Positions 1 through 8,035 of a stretch of DNA of 64,000 bases are shown here, piece after piece (positions within the stretch are counted from its first letter, which is position 1; the number at the start of each line of letters is the position of its first letter). Where the stretch lies: positions 62,751-126,750 of the forward strand of contig JBBDKM010000096.1 of assembly GCA_040879385.1 (NCBI GenBank), given 5' to 3'. The notes beneath the pieces were generated by a model, which was given only the letters and a program-made list of their open reading frames with translations, did no database searches and was not told the DNA's origin. Made by a program: the position numbers and the translations under genes. Source of the stretch: Thermoanaerobaculia bacterium. GTDB lineage: Bacteria > Acidobacteriota > Thermoanaerobaculia > UBA5066 > Gp7-AA6.

Positions 1-13
1 CAGGTTGAGGGGG

Positions 14-493
14 TCAGCGTTTCCCGGCGGCGATCGTGATCTTGAACCCGTCGGGGTCGGTCAGAGAGATGTCGCGCACGCCCCAGGGCTCGTCGGTCGG
101 TCCCTGGTCCAGCCTGCCGCCGTTCGCCTCGATCCGCTTCGCGAGGTCGTCGACGTTCTTCGTCGTCATGCAGAAGATGCGGAAGCCCTCTCCCTTTTTC
201 CGGTCGCGTCCCTTCTTCCAGTCGTCCTGCGCGATCATGAAGGACACCTCGCCGGCCCGGAGAGAGACGCCGACGACCCTTCCTGCGTCCTTCCAGGTCT
301 CCTCGACAGCAAACCCGAGGACGTCGCGGTACCACGCGAGGCTCTTCTCTAGGTCGTTCACCGTGAAGCTCGGCGACGCATCGCTCAATGCCAGCGACCG
401 CGTTGCGGTGCCGGACTTTCTGGGCGCGGCCTTCGCCTTGGCGGGAGATTTCTTCTTCGCACGAACGGTTTTCGCGGGCTTTCTTGCAGCCAT
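14..493 (-). CDS. VOC (glyoxalase/bleomycin-resistance fold) family protein with Lys/Ala-rich N-terminal tail
   Basis: 159-aa ORF. The C-terminal ~120 aa shows the VOC pattern (FTVNDLEKSLAWYRDVLGF ... GFRIFCMT ... PWGVRDISLTDPDGFKITI). GGAGG lies 7 nt upstream of the ATG. Confidence 0.8.
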   Translation of the reverse strand: MAARKPAKTVRAKKKSPAKAKAAPRKSGTATRSLALSDASPSFTVNDLEKSLAWYRDVLGFAVEETWKDAGRVVGVSLRAGEVSFMIAQDDWKKGRDRKKGEGFRIFCMTTKNVDDLAKRIEANGGRLDQGPTDEPWGVRDISLTDPDGFKITIAAGKR

Positions 494-647
494 GTCTTTG
501 CCTCCAGGGGGAGGAGGTTATCAGGACTGACCCAACTCGCTCCGATTCTCGGTCAGGAAATGTCGGAAGCCTGTCTCCGGAGGCGTCCTGCCGAGTTGCC
601 GCAGCATGTGGACCACCTGGCCGCGGTGATGAGTCGAGTGAGTCAGG

Positions 648-1607
648 ATGTTCTGGATGAGCTCTCCCAGAACGTACGAATCTCTTCTCGAGGGGCACTC
701 CCGGGCGATCCGCGTCTTCGACGCGTTTCCCCTGTTGCGAGCCGACGGCAGCGTTCTCTACTGTCTGGCGCTCGAGTACGCGAAGCACGGCGACCTGCGG
801 TCCTATCTCCAGCGCACCGGGAAGGGGTGGGCCGAGAAGACCGCGCGGCGCGAGATCGCGGGGATTCTCGAGGTCCTCGGAAAGCTCCATCGAGGTCAGA
901 TGCTCCACCGAGACCTGACTCCGATGAACGTCTTCGTCTGCGACGGCGTGAGCTTGAAGCTCGGGGACTTCGGCATCGTGCGGCATCAGAGCGATCGGCG
1001 TGGCATCGACGCGCGCACGTTGAACCCGTGGGGAGTCCCGAGCGACATCCTCGCGGGCACGGCCCCCAAGTGGCAGGCGCGCGACGACGTCTATCAGGTC
1101 GGGCAGCTCCTGGGAATGCTCGTGAAGGGAACCGCGGCGGCCCGGATTCGCACCGGCGAGGTCCGGCGCCTGCGCTGCACCGATCACCTCAAGGAGATCG
1201 TCTATCGCTGCATCGGCGAGCGCCGGAAGCGGTACGAGAGCGCCCAGGAGCTGATCGACGCGCTGACCCATCCGCCCGCAGCGCTGAAGGTCGGACGGCT
1301 GCGGACACTCAAGGGAGCACATCTCGCCTTCACCGGCATCCTGACCAGGCGCCGCAGCGAGGCCGCCCGCGCCGCGCGCCGAGCCGGAGCGATCGTCCAC
1401 GGCGCGCCTTCTGCTCGAACGACCGTCGTCGTCCGAGGCCGGCCGAACCCGCTTCAGGCCGCCGGCAGAGACGCGGGCATCAAGCTCATCCAGATCAAGC
1501 ACCTTCGCGAGAAAGGGCACCGGATTACTCTGTTGAACGATACGCAGTTCTGGCGGCTGGCGGGCCGAAAGTTGCGCTCGGCTGGAGTCGGCTCGCCGCG
1601 CGGCTAG
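648..1607 (+). CDS. Ser/Thr-kinase-like catalytic domain lacking the N-lobe, fused to a C-terminal BRCT domain
   Basis: HRDLTPMNV catalytic loop, DFG, and a DDVYQVGQLL-type C-lobe are present. No Gly-rich loop or VAIK lysine is present. An in-frame TGA at 639-641 blocks any 5' extension. The C-terminus (LKGAHLAFTGIL...TTVVVRG...ITLLNDTQFWRL) matches the LigA-type BRCT pattern. Confidence 0.7.
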   Translation: MFWMSSPRTYESLLEGHSRAIRVFDAFPLLRADGSVLYCLALEYAKHGDLRSYLQRTGKGWAEKTARREIAGILEVLGKLHRGQMLHRDLTPMNVFVCDGVSLKLGDFGIVRHQSDRRGIDARTLNPWGVPSDILAGTAPKWQARDDVYQVGQLLGMLVKGTAAARIRTGEVRRLRCTDHLKEIVYRCIGERRKRYESAQELIDALTHPPAALKVGRLRTLKGAHLAFTGILTRRRSEAARAARRAGAIVHGAPSARTTVVVRGRPNPLQAAGRDAGIKLIQIKHLREKGHRITLLNDTQFWRLAGRKLRSAGVGSPRG

Positions 1608-1729
1608 CCTCCGTCCGACGTTCCGGGCCCGTTGCCTCCTGGCATTTTTTGGCATACGATTGATTTGCGCCTCGCGCCGCCGGCAATCCCGCCTCCGTAC
1701 GACGAAGCGACATCAGGAGTCTCAGGATC

Positions 1730-2182
1730 ATGGACAACCCCGCAGTGGAGAGAAGGTTGGAAGTTCGATTCGATGAGCGGGAGGACTGGGGTCGAGGCCT
1801 CTGGGTCTCCCACTTGTATAACGTCACTGAGGCCGCCGATTTCGTCGCGGGTCGCGGGAAGGCGAAGACGTTCGATTCGGCGCTCCTCGTCGTTGCCGTT
1901 CAGACTCCCCGATGGGGCGAGCCTCGTGCCACGTATGACGGCGCTCAGCAGCTTCCCGAGGTGGCCGCGATCATGGCCTCCCATAAGGACTGGTCCCTCG
2001 TGGCCGAGCTGGCCGACGGAAAGTGGACGGCGTCCTTCCTGGCGGGCGGGACGGTGGTCGGAAGCTTCACCGACGAGCGCGCGTACGAAGCCATCATCAG
2101 GGCTTTCGACGGCGCGATCGTCGCGGCCGGGGGCGCTTGGTGGGGCGACGGTCGCAGACCCGGCGCACCGACCTCGGCTTAG
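1730..2182 (+). CDS. hypothetical protein (no recognisable motif)
   Basis: 150-aa ORF co-directional with its neighbours, with AGGAG about 10 nt upstream of the ATG. I recognise no family signature. Confidence 0.45.
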   Translation: MDNPAVERRLEVRFDEREDWGRGLWVSHLYNVTEAADFVAGRGKAKTFDSALLVVAVQTPRWGEPRATYDGAQQLPEVAAIMASHKDWSLVAELADGKWTASFLAGGTVVGSFTDERAYEAIIRAFDGAIVAAGGAWWGDGRRPGAPTSA

Positions 2183-2251
2183 ACGGGCGCCGCAGCGCCC
2201 GCGAGCGCTGACCCGACGCGTACAAACCACTTCTGCGACAATCGTTCAGAG

Positions 2252-3100
2252 TTGGATCCGCTTCCACGGCTGACCGACGATGGCCTGCTCACCCCGGAGG
2301 TCGGGGACTGGGCCGAGGAGAAGTACCAACACGTCCGGTACTACGCTGACCTCTTCGCGCGATCGATGAGCAAGAAGTGGAAGAACCGAGCCTACGTTGA
2401 CCTCTTCGCGGGCGCTGGCCGATCCCGGATCCGAGGGATGACGAGCATTCTTCCCGCATCGCCAACCATCGCGCTCGGGCTTCCGTTCACGCGCTACGTG
2501 TTCTGCGAAGGGGACCCTAAGAAGCTCTACGCGCTGACTCAACGCAGGAGACGCGATTTTGACAAATCGCGCGCGTGGTTCGTTTCTGGCGACGTGAATG
2601 AGGCGACCGACGAAATTCTCGCGCAGCTCCCGGTCCCCTCGGACGGGGGCCTCTTGACGTTTTGTCTCGTTGACCCGTACGCTATGTCCAACCTCCGCTT
2701 CGAGACGATCCGTCGGCTCTCGGAGCGTTGGATCGACTTCCTCGTTCTCGTCCCCTCCGGCCAAGACTTCCAACGCTGGCGCGAGGAGAAGTACATGGAT
2801 CCCGCGGATCGCGTCGTCGAGGAGTTCCTCGGGGACCCGAATTGGCGAAAGGCGTGGCACGTCTTTCCGAAGCAGGACCGCAAGAATGGCGCCTCAGAGT
2901 TCATCGCCGATCGTTTCGGCCAGCAAATGGCTTCGCTGGGATTTATCTACAAGGGTCTTGATGTGGCGAGGGTCGTGCGCTCGACCGACAAGAACCTTCT
3001 CCTCTATCACCTGCTCCTGTTCAGCAGAAAAGAGCTGGGCGCGTCGTTCTGGAAAACAACCTTGGACAACGTCAACCCTCAGAGGGAATTGGGCTTCTGA
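2252..3100 (+). CDS. three-Cys-motif partner protein TcmP family (methyltransferase-fold-like)
   Basis: 282 aa with a TTG start. The family-typical N-terminus (GDWAEEKYQHVRYY), YVDLFAGAGRS (SAM motif-I-like) and FCLVDPY (motif-IV-like) are present. It lies immediately upstream of, and overlaps by 1 nt (TGATG), a Gp37/Gp68 gene, which is the defining pairing of this family. Confidence 0.75.
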   Translation: MDPLPRLTDDGLLTPEVGDWAEEKYQHVRYYADLFARSMSKKWKNRAYVDLFAGAGRSRIRGMTSILPASPTIALGLPFTRYVFCEGDPKKLYALTQRRRRDFDKSRAWFVSGDVNEATDEILAQLPVPSDGGLLTFCLVDPYAMSNLRFETIRRLSERWIDFLVLVPSGQDFQRWREEKYMDPADRVVEEFLGDPNWRKAWHVFPKQDRKNGASEFIADRFGQQMASLGFIYKGLDVARVVRSTDKNLLLYHLLLFSRKELGASFWKTTLDNVNPQRELGF

Positions 3101-3840
3101 TGTCCGACAAGTCCAGCATCGAATGGACGGACGCCACGTGGAACCCGGTGACGGGTTGCACGAAGGTTTCCCCGGGCTGTAAGCACTGCTACGCGGAGAC
3201 GTTCGCCGAGCGGTTTCGCGGGGTTCCCGGCCATCCCTACGAGCAGGGATTCGACCTGAAGCTCTGGCCGGGGCGGCTCGCCGTTCCGGCTCGCTGGAAG
3301 TCGCCGCGGATGATCTTCGTCAATTCGATGAGCGACCTGTTCCACGAGAAGGTGCCGGATGCCTTCATCGAGCAGGTGTTTCATGCGATGGCCTCGGTGC
3401 CAAGGCACACGTTCCAAGTACTCACGAAGAGAGCGGACCGACTTTCCGCGTGGCACGAGTCGCATCAGGAGTTCTGGAACCTTCCAAATGTCTGGCTCGG
3501 AACCTCGGTCGAAGATCGGCGCTATGGACTGCCGCGGATTCCGTTCGTGCGCTCACTTCGCTCGGCGGTGCGGTTCCTCTCGGTAGAGCCGCTCTTGGAG
3601 GACCTCGGCCCCTTAAGCCTCGACCGGATCGATTGGGTCATCGTCGGGGGTGAGAGCGGACACGGAGCTCGGCCCATGAGGCCGGAGTGGGCTCTCTCCG
3701 TCCGTGATCAGTGTGAAGCCGCCGGCGTGCCCTTCTTCTTCAAGCAGTGGGGCGGGGTCCGGAAGAAGGCGGCGGGCCGTACTCTTGCCGGTCGGACCTG
3801 GGATGAGATGCCGTCTCGTATCGCATCGGCGTTCGCGTAG
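3100..3840 (+). CDS. phage Gp37/Gp68 family (DUF5131) three-Cys-motif protein
   Basis: The N-terminus SSIEWTDATWNPVTGCTKVSPGCKHCYAE is the hallmark of the family (C-x6-C-x2-C). The C-terminal FFFKQWGG motif is also present. Confidence 0.85.
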   Translation: MSDKSSIEWTDATWNPVTGCTKVSPGCKHCYAETFAERFRGVPGHPYEQGFDLKLWPGRLAVPARWKSPRMIFVNSMSDLFHEKVPDAFIEQVFHAMASVPRHTFQVLTKRADRLSAWHESHQEFWNLPNVWLGTSVEDRRYGLPRIPFVRSLRSAVRFLSVEPLLEDLGPLSLDRIDWVIVGGESGHGARPMRPEWALSVRDQCEAAGVPFFFKQWGGVRKKAAGRTLAGRTWDEMPSRIASAFA

Positions 3841-3933
3841 GAGGGCGATCCGGAACCATCAGAGTCAGGATGGGAGAAAGCGGGTCCCACGGCGCGGCCG
3901 GTAGAACTCTCTTGCGCTCGCGCTTTCTCTTGC

Positions 3934-4821
3934 CTATTTCGTCGAGGGTGGATCTTCGGGTGCGACAGCAACGACCGGTTTCCTGCCGCCCCACTCGTCT
4001 TGCTTGTCCTTCAGGTACGCAATGGTCTCGTTTATTGCGTCCACGGTGTGGACCCAACCCAAGCCCGAGTTCTCGATGAAGGTGATCCGCGGCTGCAGCG
4101 GGTTCAAGCTGTAAGCATTCTCGGCGTACGGTACGTAGCCGTACACGATTCCGATGAGAACCGAAGAGAGCTGATGCTTTGTGCCCGGAATCGCAAGACC
4201 TTCAGGACGCAGGATCACAGGCCCCCCGCTGTTGCCCGGAAAGACGTTCGCGTCTACCAAGAAGGTTTTGGAGTTGCTCGAGTAGGTATCCCTCAGCCGG
4301 GCGACGACTCCCCCCCTTACGATTACGGTGTTGCGGGTGTCTCCGACCAATCCCAGTGGGAAACCGAGCACGTAGATGCCGTCTCCATCGGACACCCCGA
4401 GAACATCCTTCATTTCCAAAAGTGTCGCCGCTTGCCCGTCGTTCTGGAAGAACGCCGGATGTAGCCCATTCTTCTCAAGCATGGCTGTCGAAAGGGTCGT
4501 CGCGGCGACGTCGACCTCGGGATCGGGATGGGCAACGAACACCGGCCACCCTGTGGGTGCGCGGGTCGCGATTGGAAACTCGACCCAGCTCTCGCGGTCT
4601 AGGCTATTGAACCGTATCAACGCCGTGTCGCCGATTCGTTCAGCGACGTGCCGATTGGTGATTAGGAACAGCTGGTACTTGCCCGGCTGCCCTTCCGGAA
4701 CTGGATCGCCTGTCCTGAGCCCGTAGTAGAAGCCGGTTCCGAAAAAGGCCTTCTTGCCTTCGGCGTTGATCTCGCCGACTGCGACTACCGCGTCCAGGAA
4801 AAGCGGTGGAAGGAGCCCCAC
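3934..4821 (-). CDS. trypsin-like (S1/PF13365-type) serine peptidase, no signal peptide
   Basis: Catalytic triad context is present: TNRHV (His), EVDVAA (Asp), GNSGGPV (Ser). The N-terminus is not signal-peptide-like. Confidence 0.8.
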   Translation of the reverse strand: MGLLPPLFLDAVVAVGEINAEGKKAFFGTGFYYGLRTGDPVPEGQPGKYQLFLITNRHVAERIGDTALIRFNSLDRESWVEFPIATRAPTGWPVFVAHPDPEVDVAATTLSTAMLEKNGLHPAFFQNDGQAATLLEMKDVLGVSDGDGIYVLGFPLGLVGDTRNTVIVRGGVVARLRDTYSSNSKTFLVDANVFPGNSGGPVILRPEGLAIPGTKHQLSSVLIGIVYGYVPYAENAYSLNPLQPRITFIENSGLGWVHTVDAINETIAYLKDKQDEWGGRKPVVAVAPEDPPSTK

Positions 4822-4903
4822 GCTGGGCGAGTCTAAGACTTGTCAGCGAACGGTTGCCCTCCGACCGCCACTCCAGCACATGCACCCTCAAGGCCAAGAA
4901 ACG

Positions 4904-4929
4904 GAAGCGCCTGATCTCTCAGGCGCTTC
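4904..4929 (-). terminator. hairpin downstream of nrdJ (candidate intrinsic terminator)
   Basis: Perfect 11-bp stem GAAGCGCCTGA/TCAGGCGCTTC with a 4-nt loop. On the minus strand it is followed by CGTTTCTTGG. Confidence 0.5.
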
Positions 4930-4996
4930 AGGCAGTTAGCCGCGAACGAGTTGGAGCGGGAAAGGGAGTGTCGACCCCCTTGTACGCGATCTGTCT

Positions 4997-7786
4997 CTAA
5001 CTACACCCGCTCGTCGCGCCGCAGTTCAGGCACTTGTAGCACGCCGCTGACCGCACCATGATCGAGCCGCACTCGTGGCAGGCCGGGGCGTCGGTGGACG
5101 TCTCGAACATCAGCTTCAGCGTCTCGGAACCGCCCGCCCGCGCGGCCACGGCCTGCTCGGTCACCGGCACGGGTCCGTTCGCGCCGGTGTCGCGGGCGAT
5201 GATCCCCACGGCCTCCTTCTCCTCGGCGGTCATGAACTTGGAGGCGAGCCACTTGAAGATGTAGTCGATGAGCGACTTGGCGATCGGGATCTCGGGGTTC
5301 TTGGTGAAGCCCGAGGGCTCGAACCGCACGTGCGAGAACTTGTTGACCAGCGCCTCGATCGGCACGCCGTACTGGAGAGTCAGCGAGACGGCCGTGGCGA
5401 AGGCGTCCATGAGGCCGGAGATCGTCGAGCCTTCCTTGGACATCCGCAGGAAGATCTCGCCGGGCTTGCCGTCCTCGAAGAGACCGACCGTGACGTAGCC
5501 CTCGTGTCCGGCGACCGAGAACTTGTGAGTGATCGAGCGGCGCTCGTCGGGAAGCTTGCGGCGGAAGGGCGCCGGCACCGGGGGCGTGGCCTTGCCCACG
5601 TACTCGAGCGAGGTGCGCGCGGTTGGGGTCTTGGAGTCGGACTTCGAGGCCGCGGTGTTCAGGGGCTGCGTGCGCTTGCAGCCGTCGCGGTAGATCGCGA
5701 TCGCCTTGAGCCCCTGCTTCCAGCCCTCCATGTAGACGCCGGCGATGTCCTCGGGGCTCGCGTCGGGCGGCAGATTCACCGTCTTCGAGATCGCGCCGGA
5801 GAGGAAGGGCTGCACGGCCGACATCATTTTCACGTGGCCCATGTAGTGGATCGAACGCGTGCCGTTCAACGCCCGGAACGCGCAGTCGAAGACCGGCAGG
5901 TGCTCGGGCTTGAAACCCGGCGCGCCCTCGATCGTGCCCTTCTCGTCCACGTAGTCCACGATCGTGTTGATCGCGCCCTCGCCGTACCCGAGGCGCTTCA
6001 ACGCGAGGGGCACGGTCTGGTTGACGATCTTGATCGTGCCGCCGCCGACGAGCTTCTTGTACTTGACGAGCGCGAGGTCCGGCTCGACCCCCGTCGTGTC
6101 GCAGTCCATCATGAATCCGATCGTCCCGGTCGGCGCGAGCACCGTGACCTGGCCGTTCTTGTAGCCGGCCTGCGTGCCCGACTCGAAGGCCGCGTCCCAA
6201 ACGGCGAGCTGCGCCTTGTAGAGCTCCGCCGGGACGCCCCGGGTCGGGACCTCGTAGGCCGCGTGGCGGTGCATCCCGATGACCTCGAGAAAGGCCTCGC
6301 GGTTGGGCGGGTAGCCGGCGAAGGGGCCGAGCTCCGCGGCGACCCGCGAGGACTGAAGGTACGCCTCTCCGCACATGAGGGAGGTGATCGCGGCCGAGTG
6401 CGCGCGTCCGTCCTCGGAGTCGTAGGGAACTCCCGCCGCCATCAGCAGCGCGCCGAGGTTGGCGTAGCCGAGGCCGAGCGGCCGGAACTTGTACGAGTTC
6501 TCGGCGATCGCGGGCGTCGGGTACGAGCAGTTGTCGATGAGCATCTCCTGCGCCGTGATCATGACGTCGACGGCGTGGCGGAACGTCGCCACGTCGAAGG
6601 AGCCGTCCTCGACGTTGAAGAACTTCATCAGGTTGAGCGAGGAGAGATTGCACGCGCTGTCGTCGACGAACATGTATTCGGCGCAAGGATTCGACGCGTT
6701 GATCCGGTGCGTCGACTTGACCGGGTTCCAGCGGTTGATCGTCGTGTCGTACTGCATGCCCGGGTCGCCGCAGACCCACGCGGAGTCCGCGATCCTGCTC
6801 ATCAGGTCGCGCGCCTTGTAGGTTTTGTAGGGCTGGCCCGTCAGGACTTCCTTCGTCTGCCACTCTCCGTCCTTCTCGACGGCTTCCATGAACTCGTCGG
6901 TCACGCGGATCGAGTGGTTCGCGTTCTGATAGAAGATCGACGCGTACGCCTCGCCATTGAACGAGCCGTCGTAGCCGGCGTCGATGAGAGCCCAGGCCTT
7001 CTTCTCTTCGTTCGCCTTGGAGATGACGAACTCCTCGATGTCGGGATGGTCGATGTTCAGGATGACCATCTTCGCGGCGCGCCGGGTCTTGCCGCCGGAC
7101 TTGATCGCGCCGGCGAACGAGTCGAAGCCCTTCATGAAGGACAGCGGGCCCGAGGCCGTGCCGCCGGCCGAGAGGCTCTCGTGCGAGCCGCGGATCGAGG
7201 AGAGGTTCGACCCGGTCCCCGAGCCGAACTTGAAGAGCATGCCTTCGGTCTTGGCGAGCGAGAGGATCGAGTCCATCGAGTCGCCGCAGGAGTTGATGAA
7301 GCAGGCCGAGCCCTGGGGCTTCTTCTCGATCCCGACGTTGAACCAGACGGGGGAATTGAAGGACGCGACCTGGTTGACGAGGATCGCGGCGAGCTCGTCG
7401 TGGAACGCGTCGCGGTCGGCGGCGGTCCGGAAGTACCCGCCCCGCTCGCCGTACCCGGTGATCGTTCCCGCCACGCGCTCGATCAACTGGCGCACCGAGG
7501 TTTCGCGCTCGGGGGTGCCGAGCCGCCCGTGAAAATACTTCTGGACGACGATGTTCGTCGCGGTCTGCGACCAGGACCTCGGGACCTCGACGTTCTTCTG
7601 CTCGAAGATCGTCTCGCCCTTCTCCGACACGATCGCGGCCGTGCGCAGCTCCCACTCGATCGCGTCATAGGGCGAGATCGTCGGGTCCGAATAGATCCGC
7701 GGAAACTTCAGCCCCTTGAGAGTCCTGCCCGCCTCCCGGGCTTCTACCCCGGCGGCCTCTTTCATCCCCTTCTCCGTCGCACTCAT
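4997..7786 (-). CDS. nrdJ: adenosylcobalamin-dependent ribonucleoside-diphosphate reductase (class II)
   Basis: 929 aa with long-form NrdJ architecture, conserved blocks (NPCAEY, TNIVVQKYF) and a C-terminal CxxC...CxxC zinc ribbon. A strong GAAGGAGGAGG RBS precedes it. Confidence 0.95.
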   Translation of the reverse strand: MSATEKGMKEAAGVEAREAGRTLKGLKFPRIYSDPTISPYDAIEWELRTAAIVSEKGETIFEQKNVEVPRSWSQTATNIVVQKYFHGRLGTPERETSVRQLIERVAGTITGYGERGGYFRTAADRDAFHDELAAILVNQVASFNSPVWFNVGIEKKPQGSACFINSCGDSMDSILSLAKTEGMLFKFGSGTGSNLSSIRGSHESLSAGGTASGPLSFMKGFDSFAGAIKSGGKTRRAAKMVILNIDHPDIEEFVISKANEEKKAWALIDAGYDGSFNGEAYASIFYQNANHSIRVTDEFMEAVEKDGEWQTKEVLTGQPYKTYKARDLMSRIADSAWVCGDPGMQYDTTINRWNPVKSTHRINASNPCAEYMFVDDSACNLSSLNLMKFFNVEDGSFDVATFRHAVDVMITAQEMLIDNCSYPTPAIAENSYKFRPLGLGYANLGALLMAAGVPYDSEDGRAHSAAITSLMCGEAYLQSSRVAAELGPFAGYPPNREAFLEVIGMHRHAAYEVPTRGVPAELYKAQLAVWDAAFESGTQAGYKNGQVTVLAPTGTIGFMMDCDTTGVEPDLALVKYKKLVGGGTIKIVNQTVPLALKRLGYGEGAINTIVDYVDEKGTIEGAPGFKPEHLPVFDCAFRALNGTRSIHYMGHVKMMSAVQPFLSGAISKTVNLPPDASPEDIAGVYMEGWKQGLKAIAIYRDGCKRTQPLNTAASKSDSKTPTARTSLEYVGKATPPVPAPFRRKLPDERRSITHKFSVAGHEGYVTVGLFEDGKPGEIFLRMSKEGSTISGLMDAFATAVSLTLQYGVPIEALVNKFSHVRFEPSGFTKNPEIPIAKSLIDYIFKWLASKFMTAEEKEAVGIIARDTGANGPVPVTEQAVAARAGGSETLKLMFETSTDAPACHECGSIMVRSAACYKCLNCGATSGCS

Positions 7787-7891
7787 CCCCCCTCCTCCTT
7801 CTTGAAGCGAATGCTCCGCCCCGAAGCCCTGAACCCTGGCTGCCCGGATCCTGTTTCTAGCGATGCGGAGAAACCGCCAGTGTTGCCCTTG

Positions 7892-7921
7892 AGCCTAAGT
7901 CCGGCGGGAATTCGGAGTCAA
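7892..7921 (-). promoter_or_regulatory. candidate sigma70-type promoter of nrdJ
   Basis: Minus strand reads TTGACT (7921-7916), an 18-nt spacer, then TAGGCT (7897-7892). This implies a leader of about 100 nt. Confidence 0.4.
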
Positions 7922-7928
7922 GGAAAAA

Positions 7929-7945
7929 CACCACATGTAGTGGTG
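7929..7945. promoter_or_regulatory. candidate NrdR box
   Basis: Palindrome CACCAC-ATGTA-GTGGTG lies 8 nt upstream of the putative -35 of nrdJ. It resembles the NrdR operator consensus (acaCwAtATaTwGtgt). Confidence 0.5.
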
Positions 7946-8035
7946 CCGGCGCTGGAAGGCTCATGGAATGGTGGCACGGCGATTGCTGTTACCACCCGTG
8001 TGACACGAAGAGTTGCTAGCCGGCATCAAACCGAC

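Noticed and set aside
2252-3840. Prophage interpretation because of the phage Gp37/Gp68 family name.
   Set aside because: No integrase, terminase, capsid, tail or lysis genes, and no att-like direct repeats, are visible in or around the cassette within this window. The pair is better treated as a chromosomal accessory module.
4997-7786. Intein or other insertion explaining the 929-aa length of NrdJ.
   Set aside because: The sequence is continuous with long-form NrdJ blocks, and no Cys/Ser-start or His-Asn-end splice-junction pattern is evident. The length is normal for the long subclass with a C-terminal zinc ribbon.
7787-7928. Possible cobalamin riboswitch in the ~100-nt nrdJ leader.
   Set aside because: I found no B12-box-like core (GCCACTG or its context) on the minus strand. 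B12 riboswitches usually control B12-independent isozymes rather than the B12-dependent NrdJ.
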